DNA of 64,000 bases from Verrucomicrobiota bacterium (GTDB taxonomy: Bacteria; Verrucomicrobiota; Verrucomicrobiia; Opitutales; Cerasicoccaceae). The position numbers and the translations under genes were made by a program. Shown here piece after piece: positions 59,556 through 64,000 of the stretch; the first letter of the stretch is position 1, and the number at the start of each line of letters is the position of its first letter. A model generated the notes under the pieces. The model was not told the DNA's origin. It ran no database searches and saw only the letters and a program-made list of their open reading frames with translations. The DNA is taken from assembly GCA_039818205.1 (NCBI GenBank), contig JBCBUK010000006.1:192001-256000 (forward strand), given 5' to 3'.

Positions 59556-60728
59556 CTACTTGTCGGGTAGGTTCTCTTTTTCCTCTAAGCCGTCGTCGAA
59601 GTCGTCGGGAAGCATTGGGAAATCGTCAAAAGGGTCCTCGGCAAGCTCTTCCTCGACCGATTTTTTCTTCTTTTCCTCTTCGGTTGCTTCTGCGTTGGCA
59701 GCCGGTTCGCTGGGCTTCACTGGATCGGCAGCAGGTGCAGCTTCAGCGGGTTTTTCTGGTTCAGAGGATTGCCCAGGGCCGGAAGGCTCGACGGGCACGG
59801 GTGGCGTCGGGGTGGCGTCGGATTCTTTGGACTTCTTTTTTCCAAAACCAAATAGACCCTTCTTTTTCTTTTTCGGAGCTTCGGCATCCTCCGCCTTTTC
59901 GCTCTCATCGACCGGAATCCAACCGACGGGTTCAGCGGGTGCGTCATCTTTCGGCTTGGGTGCCTTCTCCGGTTCAGCAGCGGGCTTTGTTTCCACGGGA
60001 GCCGGTTTCTCAACCGGGGCTGGCTCAGCTGCGGGGGCGGGTTTTGGTTCCTCAGCCGGTTTAGTCTTCTTGCTCGAAAATAGGCCGCTTTTCTTGGGCT
60101 CTGGATCCGCTGGTTCTGCCTCTTCCGCTTTCTCGGGAGCCGATTCAATCGCCTTCGCTTGGCTCTGCGCTAGTGCGGATTGCTCTTTGGCGAGCACGAG
60201 GGCGTTATTGGCTTCTTCGGCTTCAAGAACCGCTTCTTGCTCAGCGGCTTCGCTGGCCTTTTTGGCTTTGGTGTCCTTGGGTGGGTCGATGGGGATCTCT
60301 TTCTTGAAACCCGTCGCGGTGAAGCTGATGTCGCCAACCAGGATGCCATGTGTCTCCTGCAAGATGTGGGTGATGCGGCGGCGCAGGTGATCGCGCACGT
60401 TGCCGATGCGCTGCCCTTCGAAGAGCTTGGCTCGGATGTAAATATTGATCCGACCGTGCCTTTTGATGAACTTGATCCGTGGCTTTGAGGCGGTGTCAAG
60501 GTGCTCGCAGGCCAACTTAACCAGGTCTTTCAATGCGGCATTGGTCGTTTCGGCGATTCCGCTTTCGTCCCGGAAGACCAGGAAGTTGCGTTTGGCCCGG
60601 GTTTTCCTCCAATAGACAACCAGGAGGATGATTACGACAACTGTTCCGCCCCACCAATAGTACATCTCCGGAGCCTCGGCGCCGTAGCTCTTATTGATTA
60701 ATTCGTTCAGCTGGGCCTGAAAATTCAT
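59556..60728 (-). CDS. AmaP-like membrane anchor with a long Pro/Ala/Glu/Lys-rich tail
   Basis: One N-terminal TM segment, then an Asp23/AmaP-like domain (ESGIAETTNAALKDLV), then a low-complexity tail. Directly follows the asp23-family gene. Confidence 0.6.
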   Translation of the reverse strand: MNFQAQLNELINKSYGAEAPEMYYWWGGTVVVIILLVVYWRKTRAKRNFLVFRDESGIAETTNAALKDLVKLACEHLDTASKPRIKFIKRHGRINIYIRAKLFEGQRIGNVRDHLRRRITHILQETHGILVGDISFTATGFKKEIPIDPPKDTKAKKASEAAEQEAVLEAEEANNALVLAKEQSALAQSQAKAIESAPEKAEEAEPADPEPKKSGLFSSKKTKPAEEPKPAPAAEPAPVEKPAPVETKPAAEPEKAPKPKDDAPAEPVGWIPVDESEKAEDAEAPKKKKKGLFGFGKKKSKESDATPTPPVPVEPSGPGQSSEPEKPAEAAPAADPVKPSEPAANAEATEEEKKKKSVEEELAEDPFDDFPMLPDDFDDGLEEKENLPDK

Positions 60729-60772
60729 TCGACTGAGTTAGGAATTAGGTGGAGCGAGTACGCGGGTAGAAT

Positions 60773-61234
60773 CTAGTCGGTGTGGGGTTCGTTCCAGGTT
60801 TCGCGGGCTTCCTCCTTGACGTTGGATTCCATGACCACGCCATCAATAAAGACATCGACCTTGCTGACGCTCTTATCGGTCATGCGTTGAACTTCGGCCC
60901 GCACGTGTTCTTGAATAATTTTCGCGATCTTCGCCAGTTCCACGCCGAATTTCATTTCCACGTGAATTTTGACGACGTAGTTGCCGGCTTCGTCTTCGGT
61001 GACGTCGACGCCTTTCTCGCCTTTGCGCCCACCGAAAGTTTCCCAGATGCCTTCGGAACCATCCTTGACGGCGTGCACGCCTTCGATTGAAAGGGTGGCC
61101 ATCTTCACAATGTTCGCGACGACCTGAAAAGTAATGTGATACTCGTCGCCTTCAATTTCTTCTGTCGGCACAGGAATCGTGTGCTGGTCTGGCTCTTCGA
61201 CCGGTGGGTTGTCGCTAGTTTTCTTTGCTGGCAT
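60773..61234 (-). CDS. Asp23/Gls24 family protein (YqhY-like)
   Basis: VVANIV..ATLSIEGV, KGVDV, FGVELAKIAKIIQEHV..EVQRMT..VSKVDVFIDGV. Confidence 0.9.
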   Translation of the reverse strand: MPAKKTSDNPPVEEPDQHTIPVPTEEIEGDEYHITFQVVANIVKMATLSIEGVHAVKDGSEGIWETFGGRKGEKGVDVTEDEAGNYVVKIHVEMKFGVELAKIAKIIQEHVRAEVQRMTDKSVSKVDVFIDGVVMESNVKEEARETWNEPHTD

Positions 61235-61336
61235 GGTTTCGTTTACCTGGTTCGATATTTCAATGCGTTGAAACGCAGCTGTTTGATCAGTAGTCCTAAA
61301 CTATATTTAGACTCACGAAAACCTCAAAATATTTCA

Positions 61337-62716
61337 CTACATTGAGTCATCAATGTGGAATAGGTCGCGCGGCGTTCGGCTGAGGAACTCTTCGATGTAT
61401 TTCGTGGTGACATCGCCCGAACGGAAAACGGGATCTTTCATCACCGCAGCGCAGAAAGGAATCGTGGTCTTGATCCCGCGAATCAAATACTCGTTGAGAG
61501 CACGATACATGCGGTCCATCGCGACTTCGCGGGTGCGACCGTAGACCATCAGCTTCGCCACCATGCTATCATAGTGTGGTGGAACGATATAGCCCTGGTA
61601 AACGTGGGAGTCGACGCGAACACCATGCCCACCGGGCGAGTAGTAGAAAGTGACCTCACCCGGGCACGGTGCGAAATTGCGCGCTGGATCTTCAGCATTG
61701 ATCCGGCATTCGATGCAGTGCCGCTGGATCTTGATATCCTTCTGGTCGAGTTCCAACTTTTCACCGTTGGCAATCCTGATCTGGCGTTTCACGAGGTCCA
61801 GCCCGGTGACCTCCTCGGTCACGCCGTGCTCAACCTGAATCCGCGCATTCATTTCGATGAAGTAAAAGTCGCCGTTTTTGTCGACGAGGAACTCAACGGT
61901 TCCCGCGTTCTGATAGCCAGACTCGTTGGCGATACGCACGGCGGCCTGACCCATCTTGTTGCGGAGCTTGTCGGTGAGGTAAGGCGATGGAGCCTCTTCG
62001 ATTAGCTTCTGGTAGCGGCGCTGCACAGAGCAGTCGCGCTCGCCGAGGTGCAATATCTTGCCGTGTTCATCGGCCAAAATCTGAAATTCGATATGGCGCG
62101 GTTCCTCGATGTATTTCTCGATATAAACGTCGCCGTTTCCGAATGCCTTTTCGGCTTCGATGCGGGCCGTTTGGAACTCCTTGGCAAACGCCATGGCGTT
62201 GTGCGCCAAGCGCATGCCCTTGCCACCGCCACCAGCGACCGCCTTGATAATTACCGGAAAGCCGATTTCTTTGGCGATTTTGATGGCTTCTGTCTCATCG
62301 GTTACGGGGCCATCGCTGCCGGGGATCGTGGGAGCCTTGGCACGCTTGGCGACTTCCTTGGCCATGGCCTTATCGCCCATCAGGCGAATGGTCTCCGAAC
62401 GCGGCCCGATAAACTTGATGTTACAGCTTTCACACTGTTCGGCGAATTCAGCATTTTCCGAAAGGAAGCCGAAACCGGGGTGAATTGCATCAACATCGGC
62501 GATTTCTGCCGCGCTGATGATCCGATCGGCCTTCAAATAGCTTTCCGAGGAAGGGGCTGGCCCAATGCAAATCGCTTCATCGGCCAACTGGACGTGCAGG
62601 CTTTGTTCGTCTGCTTCCGAGTAGACGGCGAGTGTGCGTATACCGAGCTCACGACAGGCGCGAACAATGCGCAGCGCAATCTCACCTCGGTTGGCAATAA
62701 GTATCTTTTGAATCAT
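61337..62716 (-). CDS. accC: Acetyl-CoA carboxylase biotin carboxylase subunit
   Basis: [58 protein letters not shown]. Confidence 0.97.
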   Translation of the reverse strand: MIQKILIANRGEIALRIVRACRELGIRTLAVYSEADEQSLHVQLADEAICIGPAPSSESYLKADRIISAAEIADVDAIHPGFGFLSENAEFAEQCESCNIKFIGPRSETIRLMGDKAMAKEVAKRAKAPTIPGSDGPVTDETEAIKIAKEIGFPVIIKAVAGGGGKGMRLAHNAMAFAKEFQTARIEAEKAFGNGDVYIEKYIEEPRHIEFQILADEHGKILHLGERDCSVQRRYQKLIEEAPSPYLTDKLRNKMGQAAVRIANESGYQNAGTVEFLVDKNGDFYFIEMNARIQVEHGVTEEVTGLDLVKRQIRIANGEKLELDQKDIKIQRHCIECRINAEDPARNFAPCPGEVTFYYSPGGHGVRVDSHVYQGYIVPPHYDSMVAKLMVYGRTREVAMDRMYRALNEYLIRGIKTTIPFCAAVMKDPVFRSGDVTTKYIEEFLSRTPRDLFHIDDSM

Positions 62717-62771
62717 GGGTGTGGTGCGTGCGCAAAGGTGACCTTAGCGCACGTATAAACGGAGAATGTTA

Positions 62772-63245
62772 CTAGGCCTTGACCTTGAACAACGGCTGGC
62801 CGTACTCCACTGCCTGGCCGTTTTCGACTAGGATCTCCGTGATGGTTCCGGAGATCTCAGAGTTGATTTCGTTCATGACCTTCATTGCCTCAATGATGCA
62901 AACGACCGATTCCGCTTTCACCTTAGAGCCAACGTCTACAAACGGTTTGCTGTCAGGATTAGAAGCGCGGTAGAAACTGCCAACCATCGGTGACTTGATC
63001 ACGGATACGCCGGGCTCGTCGGCCGCAGGCTTTGCGGCGTCGGCACCGGCGGGTGCCGCAGGAGCTGGAGCAGGTGCGGCTGTTGCTGGAGCCGCAGGCG
63101 CGGCTTGAACCGCAATTGGCTGGGCCGTGACAGTGCCCGTATTGCGACAAATTCGTAACTTGAGTTCTTTTTCTTCGAGTTCGAATTCCGTCAAGTCCGA
63201 CCGCTTCATGAGGTCGACGATCTGTTTGATCTCCTTAATATCCAT
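62772..63245 (-). CDS. accB: Biotin carboxyl carrier protein
   Basis: MDIKEIK, Ala/Pro linker, [26 protein letters not shown]. Confidence 0.97.
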   Translation of the reverse strand: MDIKEIKQIVDLMKRSDLTEFELEEKELKLRICRNTGTVTAQPIAVQAAPAAPATAAPAPAPAAPAGADAAKPAADEPGVSVIKSPMVGSFYRASNPDSKPFVDVGSKVKAESVVCIIEAMKVMNEINSEISGTITEILVENGQAVEYGQPLFKVKA

Positions 63246-63617
63246 ACGCAAAGTTGAAAAAATAAATTGGTTTCCGGGTCGGGGCCGGGTGGCAAATCCA
63301 GAGACATTAGGGAACTCATTGGACTTTGCGCAATGCCTATTTTTAGGTAAAATTCGCAGTTTTTTGGCCTGTTTTGGGCTGTTTTGGCCCGAAAACGAAC
63401 AAATATGGCGAACTCGATCGATTTGGTGGGTTTGCGATAGTTTCTGGAAGTTGGCGTGTCAAACTGTCGCGATTATCGGGTTGCAAGCGGTGACGATTTT
63501 AGCCGTTTTCGAGTGGGTCGAGGGAAAGAGTTGCCAGAACACGCATCCTAAAATGGAATTCAAGGACACGGTGATTTACAGTGGCACATTTTTGGCTCAA
63601 CGAACTGCTCAACGACG

Positions 63618-64000
63618 ATGAAGTTTTATTATGTGAATGCGCTCAACAATGAGATTGGGCCCTTTATGATTCATGAAGCTGCTGGCCTCATTCGACGAAA
63701 TGAGTTGGCGGAAGATACTCGAGTGAGGTTCGAAGGAGACTCCGACTTCTACGATTTAAGAGACACCGCGCTCCATGAATATTGGCTGAAATTCGGTCAG
63801 AAACATGACCTTGGTTCCGAGACGCGCTATTTCTATCGTAAGAATGGAGATTCCTACGGGCCGCATACCGTCGAACGAATTGCTGAAGCCTACCGGTCTA
63901 ATATCATTAATAAAGACACTCCAGTGTCTGAGGAAGGCGACCAAAACTGGCGCAGCCTGGGCGAATTCGATTTTATGAAAAAGGTCGAAGCATCGATTGC
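63618..64000 (+). CDS. Tandem GYF_2 (DUF4339) domain protein, 3'-truncated by the window edge
   Basis: Not in the ORF track. Hand translation is open to the window end: MKFYYVNALNNEIGPF..NELAEDTRVRFEGDSDF and YFYRKNGDSYGPHT..IINKDTPVSEEGDQNWRSLGE. Confidence 0.75.
   Translation, partial: MKFYYVNALNNEIGPFMIHEAAGLIRRNELAEDTRVRFEGDSDFYDLRDTALHEYWLKFGQKHDLGSETRYFYRKNGDSYGPHTVERIAEAYRSNIINKDTPVSEEGDQNWRSLGEFDFMKKVEASI

Noticed and set aside
59560..60390. 276-aa Ser/Ala/Gly-rich plus-strand ORF
   Set aside because: Antisense reading of the low-complexity AmaP-like tail.
63361..63390. Three 10-bp units (TTTTTGGCCT, GTTTTGGGCT, GTTTTGGCCC) upstream of accB
   Set aside because: Possibly phased T-tracts that bend DNA, but too short and low in complexity to support a claim.

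Overview
Bacterial chromosomal window. Gene content (exosortase, Bat operon, tamB-tamA order, weak Shine-Dalgarno signals, sulfatase with agarases) suggests a marine PVC-superphylum organism, probably Verrucomicrobiota/Opitutae; this is inference only. Bases 1-21.4 kb form a red-algal galactan (agar/porphyran) locus. It holds two GH86 enzymes flanking a sulfatase, a cytoplasmic GH2, the known 3,6-anhydro-L-galactose (AHG) route (dehydrogenase, cycloisomerase, 5-dehydrogenase, KduD-type reductase) and a GH16 agarase homolog whose catalytic motif reads EVKIYE instead of EIDxxE. Apparently co-transcribed with the lower AHG pathway is an unexplained module: a solute-binding-fold protein, two family III CoA transferases, a crotonase, a second AHG-dehydrogenase-like ALDH, a lactonase and a Gfo oxidoreductase. 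This is the best candidate for an undescribed CoA-dependent route for a modified algal sugar. The remainder is a GT2, a MoxR/Bat operon and mostly housekeeping genes. Smaller oddities there include a 40-bp double-hairpin inverted-repeat pair enclosing a tiny S24/S26 peptidase, tandem NrdR-box-like sites upstream of the nrdR operon, an ACP-FabZ fusion with its own ketosynthase, a Firmicutes-like accB-accC-asp23-amaP cluster and several degenerate structural zinc sites. I recognised no rRNA, tRNA, CRISPR array or transposase. All calls come from reading motifs by eye; no database search was run.
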